The notes under the pieces: model-generated
What the model was told of the DNA's origin: nothing
The model's database searches: none
The model's input: only the letters and a program-made list of their open reading frames with translations
Source of the DNA: Gammaproteobacteria bacterium
GTDB taxonomy: Bacteria > Pseudomonadota > Gammaproteobacteria > Arenicellales > Poriferihabitantaceae
Reading direction: 5' to 3'
Assembly: GCA_030432755.1 (NCBI GenBank)
Contig: JAUILZ010000001.1
Coordinates: 203,388-267,387, forward strand
Length of the DNA: 64,000 bases
Program-made: the position numbers and the translations under genes
In this document: positions 55,687 to 64,000 of the stretch, in pieces
How the letters are laid out: every line of letters begins with the position of its first letter
Numbering within the stretch: position 1 is the first letter of the stretch

Positions 55687-57561
55687 ATGCTCGACACCCT
55701 GCTCACCCTGAGCCGTCCGAAAAAGCGCATCCTGATGATGTGCGCGGACGTGGTGCTGGTGATGCTCGCCCTCACGGTGGCCCATTCGCTGCGCGCGAAC
55801 CGGTTCTACCTGCCGTTCGGTGACGAGATCTGGCTCTGGCTGGTGGCGCCGTTCATCGCCCTGCCGGTGTTCCTGCTGTTCGGCCTCTACCAGACCGTGA
55901 TCCGCTACATCGGCTTCAGCTCGCTGTGGCGCGTCTTCCAGGCCATCAGCCTCTACGCCCTGCTTTGGGGCGTGGTGACCTTCATGTCCGGGTGGAACCT
56001 GACGCCACGCTCTGTGGTGGTCATCAACTGGCTGGTCTGCCTGCTGCTGGTTGCCGGCGCGCGCATGGTGGCGCGCTGGATCCTGACCTACCACGCCCCG
56101 GGTTTCCTCGGCGCGGAACGGGACATCCGCCGCAACGTGGTGATTTACGGCGCCGGGGCCGCGGGGATGCAGCTCGCTATCGCGACCTCGTTCAGCAACG
56201 ACATGCGCCCGGTGGGCTTCGTCGATGACGACCCGCTACTGGTGAACCAGCAGGTCAACGGCCTCAGGGTCTATCACCCCGACCAGCTCGAACGCCTGAT
56301 CCGCGAGTACGGCGTGCGCGAGGTACTCCTCGCGATCCCCTCCGCGAGCCAGGGGCGGCGCCACGAGATCCTCTCCGCCCTGGAGCATTTTCCGGTGCAG
56401 GTCCAGACCCTGCCGGATATCTCCGAGCTGGAGACCTGCGAGGTCGATCTCGAGGACGTGCGCGACATCGATATCGGCGACCTGCTCGACCGCGACCCGG
56501 TGGCACCGGTGGAGGGCCTGCTGCATGCCAACATCGCCGGCAAGGTGGTCATGGTCACGGGCGCAGGCGGCTCCATCGGCTCCGAGCTGTGCCGCCAGAT
56601 CAGCCATCTCGGTGTGCGCAAGCTGGTGTTGTTCGATAACAGCGAGTTCAACCTCTACCGCCTCGAACGCGAGCTGGACGAATCGGGCCGGCCCTATGTC
56701 TCCGTGCTGGGCTCCGTGATGGACCAGGGCGCCGTGGAGCATGTCTGCCGCGCCAATGGCGTGCAGACCATCTACCACGCCGCGGCCTATAAACACGTGC
56801 CGCTGGTGGAGAACAACGCCGCCATGGGCGCCGCCAACAACATCTTCGGCACCCGCGCCTGCGCCCTCGCGGCGATGAATACCGGTGTCGGGACCTTCGT
56901 CCTCATCTCCACCGACAAGGCGGTGCGCCCCACCAACGTGATGGGCGCGAGCAAGCGCCTGGCGGAACTGGTACTACAGGACCTCAGCCGGCGGAAGGAC
57001 TGCGCCACGCGCTTTACCATGGTGCGTTTCGGCAACGTGCTCGACTCCTCGGGCTCGGTGGTGCCGCTGTTCCGCGAGCAGATCCGCAAGGGCGGCCCGG
57101 TAACGGTGACCCATCCGGAGATCATCCGTTACTTCATGACCATCCGCGAAGCTACCCAGCTCGTGTTGCAGGCGGGAGCGATGGGGCAGGGCGGCGACGT
57201 GTTCGTGCTCGACATGGGCGAACCGGTGAAGATCCTCGGCCTTGCGCGCAAGATGATTCACCTGAGCGGGTTCAGCGTGCGTGACGCCAATAACCCGGGC
57301 GGCGACATCGAGATACGCTTCACCGGGTTGCGCGCCGGCGAGAAGCTCTACGAGGAACTTTTGGTGACGGATTCCGCGGTTGCCACCCGCCACGAACTGA
57401 TCATGCGCGAGAACGAGGCGGGCAGCACGCTCGGCGGTCTCGCCGCCTGCCTGGAGAAGCTCGAGCGCGCGATCCGCGTCTCCGACAACGCCCAGGTGCG
57501 AGTCCTTTTATTTGATATGGTGGAGTCCTATAATCCGGCCGCAACCGAAATGGCGAGCTGA
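55687..57561 (+). CDS. membrane-bound nucleotide-sugar 4,6-dehydratase/epimerase (CapD/WbpM/PglF family)
   Basis: 624 aa with four N-terminal TM helices, then VMVTGAGGSIGSEL, YKHVP and STDKAVRPTNVMGASKR. Confidence 0.9.
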   Translation: MLDTLLTLSRPKKRILMMCADVVLVMLALTVAHSLRANRFYLPFGDEIWLWLVAPFIALPVFLLFGLYQTVIRYIGFSSLWRVFQAISLYALLWGVVTFMSGWNLTPRSVVVINWLVCLLLVAGARMVARWILTYHAPGFLGAERDIRRNVVIYGAGAAGMQLAIATSFSNDMRPVGFVDDDPLLVNQQVNGLRVYHPDQLERLIREYGVREVLLAIPSASQGRRHEILSALEHFPVQVQTLPDISELETCEVDLEDVRDIDIGDLLDRDPVAPVEGLLHANIAGKVVMVTGAGGSIGSELCRQISHLGVRKLVLFDNSEFNLYRLERELDESGRPYVSVLGSVMDQGAVEHVCRANGVQTIYHAAAYKHVPLVENNAAMGAANNIFGTRACALAAMNTGVGTFVLISTDKAVRPTNVMGASKRLAELVLQDLSRRKDCATRFTMVRFGNVLDSSGSVVPLFREQIRKGGPVTVTHPEIIRYFMTIREATQLVLQAGAMGQGGDVFVLDMGEPVKILGLARKMIHLSGFSVRDANNPGGDIEIRFTGLRAGEKLYEELLVTDSAVATRHELIMRENEAGSTLGGLAACLEKLERAIRVSDNAQVRVLLFDMVESYNPAATEMAS

Positions 57562-57627
57562 CGCAGCGACGCAGGAGCCTGTCCCGGGCGTCGGCGGCCT
57601 CGCCCCATCTCCCAGGTCCCATCCCCC

Positions 57628-58719
57628 TTGGCCATCACCGAATTTTACCTGCATATCGCCTTTGGCTTCGTCCTGACGGTGATTGCAACGGTGATCACCT
57701 GGGCCATGCTCAAGCATGGCCGGATCCTCGACCACCCCAATCACCGCTCGTCGCACAGTCGCGCGGTGCCAAAGTCCGGCGGCATCTCAATCGTCGTCAC
57801 CTTCCTGATCGGCATGTGCTACATCATGCTGTTCGCGTCCCCGGACCTTGTAAACCAGGAATTTACCTACGGCTTCGTGTTCTCGTCGCTGTTGATCGCG
57901 CTGATCTCTTTCGTTGACGACGTCTGGGAGAAGAGCGCGCGATTCAAGCTGGTGACGCATTTCGTGGCGGTGGCGGTGGTGCTGTACACGGGCATCGTCA
58001 TCGATTCCCTGACCCTGCCCTGGGTGGGCCGTGTGGACATGGAGTGGCTTGGCTTCATCCTGTCGGCCATCTGGATCCTCGGGCTGACCAATGCCTGCAA
58101 TTTCATGGACGGCATCGACGGCCTGGTGGGCAGCACCGCGCTGATCGCGGCAATGTATTTCATGGCGATCAGCTACTACGAGGGCAGCACCTTCGTCTAC
58201 ATCACCGGCTACACCATCATCGCCGGCTGCGTGGGATTCCTGATCTACAACGCGCCACCGGCGAAGATCTTCATGGGCGACGTGGGCAGCGCCTTCCTCG
58301 GCTTCGTGTTCGCCACCCTGGCCATCATCGCCGCGCGCTACGACTCGTCGCGCACCTCGTTCCTGGTGATGCCGATGCTGCTGTTCCATTTCATCTACGA
58401 CACCCTGTTCACCTTCGTTCGCCGCCTGCTGCGCGGCGAGAACGCGCTCCAGGCCCATCGCACCCACCTGTACCAGTTGCTGGTGCGCAGCGGATACAGC
58501 CACCTAGAGGTGACACTGCTGCTCTCCTGCATGGCCTTTCTCCAGGGACTCGGCGCCATCTGGATGGTAAACATTCCCGGCAACGAGCGCCTCTACGTGT
58601 TCATTCCCTTCCTCCTGATCCAGATCATCTATTCCCACCTGACGCTCAAGCGCGCGCGCAAGGCAGGGGTGAGCCTGGGTGACAATCATTCCTGCCATCC
58701 CCGGCGGCAGAGCGGCTAG
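57628..58719 (+). CDS. polyprenyl-phosphate N-acetylhexosamine-1-phosphate transferase (WecA/WbpL/MraY family)
   Basis: TTG start. 363 aa polytopic protein with HPNHRSSH, NACNFMDGIDGL and IFMGDVGS motifs. Confidence 0.85.
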   Translation: MAITEFYLHIAFGFVLTVIATVITWAMLKHGRILDHPNHRSSHSRAVPKSGGISIVVTFLIGMCYIMLFASPDLVNQEFTYGFVFSSLLIALISFVDDVWEKSARFKLVTHFVAVAVVLYTGIVIDSLTLPWVGRVDMEWLGFILSAIWILGLTNACNFMDGIDGLVGSTALIAAMYFMAISYYEGSTFVYITGYTIIAGCVGFLIYNAPPAKIFMGDVGSAFLGFVFATLAIIAARYDSSRTSFLVMPMLLFHFIYDTLFTFVRRLLRGENALQAHRTHLYQLLVRSGYSHLEVTLLLSCMAFLQGLGAIWMVNIPGNERLYVFIPFLLIQIIYSHLTLKRARKAGVSLGDNHSCHPRRQSG

Positions 58720-58734
58720 GCTGGACCGCGCGAG

Positions 58735-59700
58735 ATGACTACCAGGATCTTCGTCGCCGGCCATCGGGGCATGGTGGGTTCCGCCATCTGCCGCCGACTG
58801 GCGCGGGATGACGGTGTCGAGGTCGTGACCCGGACGAGAGGCGAACTGGATCTCACCGACCAGCGCGCCGTGCCGGAATTTTTTGCCAGTGAACCAGTCG
58901 ACCAGGTGATCCTGGCCGCGGCGAAGGTGGGCGGCATCCACGCCAACAATACCTTTCCCGCGGATTTCATTTACGAGAACCTGGCGATCCAGAACAATGT
59001 GATCCACGGCGCCTTCCGCGCCGGTATCGAGAGACTGTTGTTCCTTGGTTCCTCCTGCATCTATCCGCGCGACGCAGATCAGCCCATGGCGGAAGAGGCG
59101 TTGCTGACGGGGCCACTGGAGCCCACCAACGAACCCTACGCCGTCGCCAAGATCGCGGGCATCAAGCTCTGTGAATCCCTGAACCGGCAACATGGCACCG
59201 ACTACCGCGCGGTGATGCCCACCAATCTCTATGGCATCCACGACAACTTTCATCCCGAGAACAGCCACGTGATCCCGGCGCTGATGCGCCGCTTCCACGA
59301 GGCCACGATGTCAGGAGCGGAAAAGGTCACCGTCTGGGGCAGTGGCAACGCGATGCGTGAATTCCTGTACGTCGATGACATGGCCGACGCCTGCGTGTTC
59401 GTTTTGAACCTGCCGCGAGATGACCTTGACCGTGTGGTGCTCCCGAACCGGTCCCATCTCAACGTCGGTACCGGCGAGGATGTCACCATCCGCGAACTGG
59501 CGGAGACCATGGCCCGGGTGACCGGATTCCGCGGCGATGTCGAGTTCGATCACAGCAAACCCGATGGCGCGCCGCGCAAGTTACTCGACGTGAGCCGTAC
59601 GACGGGCCTCGGCTGGCGTTACCAGATACCGCTTGAGAAAGGACTCGAGCAGACTTACGCATGGTACCGCGAGCACGAGGAGCAACTGCGCGTCTCGTGA
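58735..59700 (+). CDS. fcl: GDP-L-fucose synthase
   Basis: 321 aa, near-colinear with E. coli Fcl: [72 protein letters not shown]. Confidence 0.95.
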   Translation: MTTRIFVAGHRGMVGSAICRRLARDDGVEVVTRTRGELDLTDQRAVPEFFASEPVDQVILAAAKVGGIHANNTFPADFIYENLAIQNNVIHGAFRAGIERLLFLGSSCIYPRDADQPMAEEALLTGPLEPTNEPYAVAKIAGIKLCESLNRQHGTDYRAVMPTNLYGIHDNFHPENSHVIPALMRRFHEATMSGAEKVTVWGSGNAMREFLYVDDMADACVFVLNLPRDDLDRVVLPNRSHLNVGTGEDVTIRELAETMARVTGFRGDVEFDHSKPDGAPRKLLDVSRTTGLGWRYQIPLEKGLEQTYAWYREHEEQLRVS

Positions 59701-59797
59701 GGGGATGAACCGCCCGCTGACGACATCCCGTTGCAGCGGACGCGTGATTTAGATCACAGAACGGGTCAGGGACATGGTGTAAGCTGTCAGACGATCG

Positions 59798-59813
59798 GGG
59801 ATTGAGCAATCCC
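59798..59813. promoter_or_regulatory. 16-nt palindrome GGGATTGAGCAATCCC upstream of beta-helix gene P3
   Basis: Read directly, 32 nt before the P3 ATG. A second inverted repeat, GTGATTTAGATCAC, lies at 59744-59757. Confidence 0.35.
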
Positions 59814-59844
59814 GGTTGCAAATGGACACCTGGAGGGTAGCACC

Positions 59845-61062
59845 ATGTTGAATCACCGCTCGTTCCATCTGCTGGCGGCTATTCTGATCTGCTTTTTCGC
59901 CGGGACGGCATCAGCCAAAACCATCCACGTGCAACTCTGGGGCGTTCCGGCGCCAGGTTGCGGCAGTAAGTCGACTCCCTGCTCGAGTATATACGGCGCG
60001 CTCAACGTTGCCGGCAAGAACGATCGCATCATCGTTGGCCCGGGCGAATACGTCGGCAGCTATGACATCCAGGTTGAAGGGCTCAGGCTGGAATCCGCCG
60101 AGGGGCCCCACGCCACCATCCTGCGATCGCTGGACGAGGCGCTGGACGTCATCAGGATATCCCAGCACAAGGTGCGCATCGGGCGCCGGGGCAAGGGTTT
60201 GACCATCGTTGGCGCGACCTCAGCTTCCGGCGTGGAAGTGACCTTGCCATCATTCGACCGCACCCGGGTGGAGGGTAATGTATTCATAGGAAACTCCCGC
60301 GGAATCTGGCTGGAAGGATCCAGGGCGGTGGCGCGTCACAACCTGATCCTGGACTCTATTGCAATGGGAATCTACCTGCACAACGCGCCGTCGGGCCTGG
60401 TTAGCGATAACCGTCTTTTCCAGGCTGGAGGTGACGGCATCCGGTTGAACGAGAGCCATACGGTCAACGTGCAGAACAACCTGGTATACGGCGCAGCTTT
60501 AGCCATAGGAGTGGTTTACGGGACAGCCGGTAGCCGGATCCGAAACAACGCCGTGCTGGGTGGCAGCGAAGGCTCTCCGTACGGTATCGCCACCAGCAAT
60601 ATCGAAGACTTGCTGATCGACGGAAATATCGCATCGGGAGGTCACGTGGGGTATCAGTTGTTCAACGATGTGGCTCAAACCATTACGTCCGTGGTTCGCA
60701 ACAATGCCGCGGTGGGAACAACGGGAGACGGGTTTGAATTGACGGGTTTTGGCAGCTCGCACCCTCCCTTCGCGGTTCGGTTTGACAACAATACGGGCGT
60801 AAGCACGGGAGGCAGCGGGCTCAAGCTGGAGTACCAGTCCGGTATCAACAGCGCGCGGGGGAACAACCTGTATGATAACGACACTCATGCAATCGACAAC
60901 ACCACCGCTTCGAGCGTACTTCTGAAGAAAACCTACTACGGCCTGGTAAATGGCGTGCCCAGCTTCGTCTACAGCAGCACCAGCGGGGCCATCGATCCGG
61001 CGAGCACGGAGGCCAAAAAGCCAAATCGGTTCCGTGCCCGCAGGGCGGCGAAGCTGATGTAG
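59845..61062 (+). CDS. secreted right-handed parallel beta-helix repeat protein (paralogue P3)
   Basis: 405 aa with GGAGGG SD and signal peptide ICFFAGTASA/KTI. Motifs TIHVQLWGVPAPGCGSKSTPC and NDRIIVGPGEYVG. C-terminal tail KKPNRFRARRAAKLM. Confidence 0.85.
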   Translation: MLNHRSFHLLAAILICFFAGTASAKTIHVQLWGVPAPGCGSKSTPCSSIYGALNVAGKNDRIIVGPGEYVGSYDIQVEGLRLESAEGPHATILRSLDEALDVIRISQHKVRIGRRGKGLTIVGATSASGVEVTLPSFDRTRVEGNVFIGNSRGIWLEGSRAVARHNLILDSIAMGIYLHNAPSGLVSDNRLFQAGGDGIRLNESHTVNVQNNLVYGAALAIGVVYGTAGSRIRNNAVLGGSEGSPYGIATSNIEDLLIDGNIASGGHVGYQLFNDVAQTITSVVRNNAAVGTTGDGFELTGFGSSHPPFAVRFDNNTGVSTGGSGLKLEYQSGINSARGNNLYDNDTHAIDNTTASSVLLKKTYYGLVNGVPSFVYSSTSGAIDPASTEAKKPNRFRARRAAKLM

Positions 61063-61237
61063 GAACGTCCGCATTCAGCTCTGAACGCAAAGTATCGCGA
61101 TCAGGGTGAGCGGAACCTCCTGAGGGTTCTTCGAAGGCGCGGAATGGCGCTCTTGCCGTCGGCCGGCGAAATGCTACACTGCGCACTCGCCAGGGCGTTC
61201 ACTGGCGCATGGTCTGCTTCATTTCGGAGATTTGGGT

Positions 61238-62458
61238 ATGCGCGTTATCTGCCTTGTTCGCCTGGGCATTGCCCTGGCACTCGTCTTCCTTCAACTTCCC
61301 GCCGGGGCGAAAACCATCTACGTCGAGAAATGGGGTGGACCTGCCCCGGGTTGTGGCAGCAAGCTGCTACCCTGTGGTGGAGTTTCCAGCGCGCTGTTCG
61401 ATGCCCGCAGGAACGACAGGATCATCGTGGGCCCCGGGAGTTTCACGGGCAACTACGACATCAACGTTGAAGGACTCCGCCTTGAGTCCGCTCATGGACC
61501 AAATGTCACCATCTTGCGCGCCAATGGCGGTATCGGCAGGATCATCGGAGTCAACCAGAGGAATATCCGCATAGGCCGGACTGGCAGGGGGCTGACGTTT
61601 GCGTTTGCCAACGGTAGTGCGACCGCTTCCGGCGTGCAGGAAGTTTCACCCCAGGTGACCGGGACGCGGGTCGAAGGCAACGTGTTCATCAGCAACAACT
61701 ACGGCATCTGGTTGCTTGGCGAGAACAGCCTGGTAAGAAACAACCTGCTGCAGGACAGCGGGATCGCCGGCATCTATGTCGAGACGGGCAGCCAGGTCCA
61801 GGTGCGTGACAACCGGATCATTCAGCAGGCTGGCATGGGTATCGGCCTGGGTAGCGTCGCGAGCGCCATCGTGCAGAACAATTTCATCAGTGGAGCAAAC
61901 AAGGGAATCCTGGTGTATTCCGGTTCCCACGGAAACCGGCTCCTCGCCAATGCCATCGTCAACGGGAAGGGGGTCAACCCGGCTGCCATACAGGTCGAGA
62001 ATGTCCAGGGCACCCGGGTGGACGGAAACGTTGCCACCATGGGCACCTGGGGGGTCATCGCACAGCAGGTCGCTGGTGGACAAATCGACCCGTTGTACGT
62101 CGTCAACAATGCCGTGGTGGCGAACCTTGCCGGGATCGTTCTCAACAGCTCGGTCGCGAACGTCTACGATGCCAGGATCGAGAACAACATGGGTTACTCA
62201 AATGCAATCTATGGAGTCGATATCCAGGGAAGCGCGCGTCCGTCGTCCATAGCACGAAACAACCTGGTGGGTGTTGCAACCGCGAGTCTGCGGAACGCGA
62301 CCGCGACGACGCTCGAGCACAGGCAATCCTTCCTCGGATTGTATGGTGGCAGTCCGGGCATCGAGTACACGGCACCCCAGGGCGTGTTCAGCGCCACCAG
62401 TACCGAGGCCACCAGGCCCAACCCGTTCAAGGCGGCCCGGGCGGCGCGGATGATGTAG
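61238..62458 (+). CDS. secreted right-handed parallel beta-helix repeat protein (paralogue P4)
   Basis: ATG 61238 with GGAGA SD; the track starts at TTG 61232. Signal peptide LVFLQLPAGA/KTI. Motifs TIYVEKWGGPAPGCGSKLLPC and NDRIIVGPGSFTG. C-terminal tail TRPNPFKAARAARMM. Confidence 0.85.
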   Translation: MRVICLVRLGIALALVFLQLPAGAKTIYVEKWGGPAPGCGSKLLPCGGVSSALFDARRNDRIIVGPGSFTGNYDINVEGLRLESAHGPNVTILRANGGIGRIIGVNQRNIRIGRTGRGLTFAFANGSATASGVQEVSPQVTGTRVEGNVFISNNYGIWLLGENSLVRNNLLQDSGIAGIYVETGSQVQVRDNRIIQQAGMGIGLGSVASAIVQNNFISGANKGILVYSGSHGNRLLANAIVNGKGVNPAAIQVENVQGTRVDGNVATMGTWGVIAQQVAGGQIDPLYVVNNAVVANLAGIVLNSSVANVYDARIENNMGYSNAIYGVDIQGSARPSSIARNNLVGVATASLRNATATTLEHRQSFLGLYGGSPGIEYTAPQGVFSATSTEATRPNPFKAARAARMM

Positions 62459-62466
62459 CCCGCGGG

Positions 62467-62898
62467 CTATTCCCAGGGATTGCTGTCCCGCCCTTCGGTG
62501 AACTTCGGCAGGTCGTCGTCCACGTCGTCCCAGTTGGCCCTGAAGTCCATGAACACGTGGGCGTCCGGGCGCTCCGCGATGTCGGTATCCAGGGTGCCGA
62601 GAGAGAACTCGACCAGTCCCTCGCCGCCGGAGGACGGCGCGAAGGTCATGCTGGATCCGCAGGTGCGGCAGAACCGGCGGGTGGTGCCATTGGTTGCAAC
62701 GTAGCTTTCGAGGAGACCCTCGCCACTGGTCCAGCGGAAGTTCTCCAGTTTCGCCTCGCCAAAGGTTGATCGCGCTGCGCCGTGGAACTTGCGGCACATG
62801 ATGCAGTGGCACTGGGCCATGTGGGGCTCGAGCCGGTCCACTTCGTAGGTCACTGCGCCGCAGAGGCAGCTGCCGCGGTAGGGTGCCTGGTTGGTCAT
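62467..62898 (-). CDS. GFA (glutathione-dependent formaldehyde-activating / CENP-V) family protein
   Basis: 143 aa with zinc-cysteine pattern YRGSCLCGAVTYEV, CHCIMCRKFHG and FCRTCGS. Confidence 0.85.
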   Translation of the reverse strand: MTNQAPYRGSCLCGAVTYEVDRLEPHMAQCHCIMCRKFHGAARSTFGEAKLENFRWTSGEGLLESYVATNGTTRRFCRTCGSSMTFAPSSGGEGLVEFSLGTLDTDIAERPDAHVFMDFRANWDDVDDDLPKFTEGRDSNPWE

Positions 62899-62914
62899 CG
62901 AAGTTTCCTGTAGT

Positions 62915-63283
62915 TCAGGTACTGGTGTCGCTGGTGAAGGTCAAGCGGTTGCCGAAGGGATCGATGACGCTCAGATCCCGCGTACCCCATGGCGTGTTCT
63001 CTATCCTGGGTCGAAGATTGGGATAGCGTTTCGATTGCAATTCGCCGTGCAACGCGTCGATGTCCTCAACGGCGATTCGTATCGCGGCCCCGGGGCAGCA
63101 GTCACCGTGATGCTCCGTGAGATGCAACACGCAGCCGCCACGCGTGACTTGGAGATAGAGCGGCAGGCCTGGTTCGAAGCGATGCTCCCAGTCGACATTG
63201 AAACCGAGATAGCCGACATAGAATGCCTTCGACTTCTCCTCGTCGAATACACGCAGGATGGGGACGGCGGGATCGATCTTCAC
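62915..63283 (-). CDS. VOC family (glyoxalase/bleomycin-resistance) protein
   Basis: 122 aa. PILRVFDEEKSKAFYVGYLGFNVDWEHRF and PWGTRDLSVIDPFGNRLTF resemble bleomycin-binding proteins. Confidence 0.8.
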   Translation of the reverse strand: MKIDPAVPILRVFDEEKSKAFYVGYLGFNVDWEHRFEPGLPLYLQVTRGGCVLHLTEHHGDCCPGAAIRIAVEDIDALHGELQSKRYPNLRPRIENTPWGTRDLSVIDPFGNRLTFTSDTST

Positions 63284-63354
63284 GGGGTATTGCGGTGAGT
63301 GGCAATCAACACTATGCCATAGACGGCCGTCATACGCCGGGCCCGGTGCGGAGA

Positions 63355-63885
63355 TTACCGGTCTGACGCCACCTGTGAGGCGCCCAACGCTTCCAGCAGG
63401 GTCAGCCGCTCTCCACGGCAGTCCCGCAGGGTGATAGCTCCGGGCTCAGCGGGCGCTCCGAAGTGTACATCCGGATCATCGCCGTCATACCACTCTCGTA
63501 CCAGGGTGACGCTTTCCTTGCAGTAGTTCAGCGCGCCGGCGTCGTGATTGGCGATCAGGAGGAGCGCGCCGTCGAGGGAGAACACCGCCGCCGCGCTGTC
63601 GGGGATGCCTCGGTTGGACAGGCCAACAATGAGCAAGCCGTCAGGTGATGCCACCACGTCGCGGAACCAGAGTCCGGGATGGCTGACGGGCGGGGAGTTC
63701 CCGCTCTCTATTACTACCTCGAAATCCGGTTGCTGCGTACTGCGTGAGGCGTCCACCGACACCACCACCCGGCCGCCGCCGGGCAGGGCGACGACCCGTT
63801 CCTCGCTCTCGAAAGACCAGGAATCCGCCGGTGCCTCCGGCGCGGCCAGGGTCGCCAGACCGAGCGCCAGCGCTACCGCGGTCAT
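63355..63885 (-). CDS. hypothetical secreted protein
   Basis: Start at MTAVALALGLATLAAPEAPA (signal-like). Coding codon bias, no recognised motif. The track ORF extends 13 codons further. Confidence 0.55.
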   Translation of the reverse strand: MTAVALALGLATLAAPEAPADSWSFESEERVVALPGGGRVVVSVDASRSTQQPDFEVVIESGNSPPVSHPGLWFRDVVASPDGLLIVGLSNRGIPDSAAAVFSLDGALLLIANHDAGALNYCKESVTLVREWYDGDDPDVHFGAPAEPGAITLRDCRGERLTLLEALGASQVASDR

Positions 63886-63913
63886 CCCGCCGCGCGAATC
63901 CCGGCGGGAGCCG

Positions 63914-64000
63914 TCAGCGCGCACTGTAGCCAGCGTCCACGGGCACCAGCGCCCCGGTCATGTAGCTCGCGGCGTCCGAGGCGAGGAACAGCACCACCCG
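63914..64000 (-). CDS. short-chain dehydrogenase/reductase, C-terminal 28 codons only (gene enters from right edge)
   Basis: Manual minus-strand translation gives RVVLFLASDAASYMTGALVPVDAGYSAR-stop, the typical SDR C-terminus. Confidence 0.6.
   Translation of the reverse strand, partial: RVVLFLASDAASYMTGALVPVDAGYSAR

Noticed and set aside
61203-61217. TGGCGCATGGTCTGC with correct sigma-54 spacing upstream of beta-helix gene P4
   Set aside because: The predicted start near 61229 would leave about a 9-nt leader and cut through the GGAGA Shine-Dalgarno of the only plausible start codon at 61238. It is therefore probably fortuitous.

Overview
GC-rich bacterial chromosomal segment. Third-codon positions are overwhelmingly G/C, so long spurious antisense ORFs are common. 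The glrK-qseG-glrR synteny suggests a gammaproteobacterium. I support about 68 protein-coding genes, one tRNA-Ser(CGA) and a set of sequence-level regulatory sites. I saw no rRNA, CRISPR array, transposase, integrase or prophage genes. Content is mostly metabolic and envelope-related:
- a URC1/URC4-type pair
- Lrp/LysE, Sir2, SQR and FeSOD genes
- a LivKHMGF-type ABC importer next to DUF1989 and deacetylase genes
- an aminotransferase/carbamoylase/GGCT/GNAT cluster
- a QseE/G/F (GlrK/L/R)-type sigma-54 two-component system
- a heme protein/USP/USP/cytochrome c-prime operon
- glycan-biosynthesis genes
- an atypical complex-II-like operon fused to an Fe-S hydro-lyase pair

Most unusual observations:
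1. A compact four-gene operon at 20446-24926 encodes a short LspA-like signal peptidase II, a divergent Lgt-like transferase, a small lipobox protein, and an 894-aa protein with no signal peptide that ends in two degenerate thioredoxin folds. I read this as a candidate self-contained, cargo-specific lipoprotein maturation module.
2. The GlrK/QseG/GlrR locus faces an intergenic region with a perfect TGTC-N10-GACA box and a correctly spaced sigma-54 promoter. That promoter drives a secreted two-EF-hand mini-protein followed by about 190 nt of highly structured RNA ending in a canonical terminator.
3. Four secreted beta-helix paralogues lie in two tandem pairs. They share a Cys-loop N-terminal motif and a short basic C-terminal tail.
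4. The complex-II-like enzyme has its covalent-FAD histidine replaced. It is preceded by an extreme AT-rich island.

All family calls rest on motif recognition by eye; no database searches were run.
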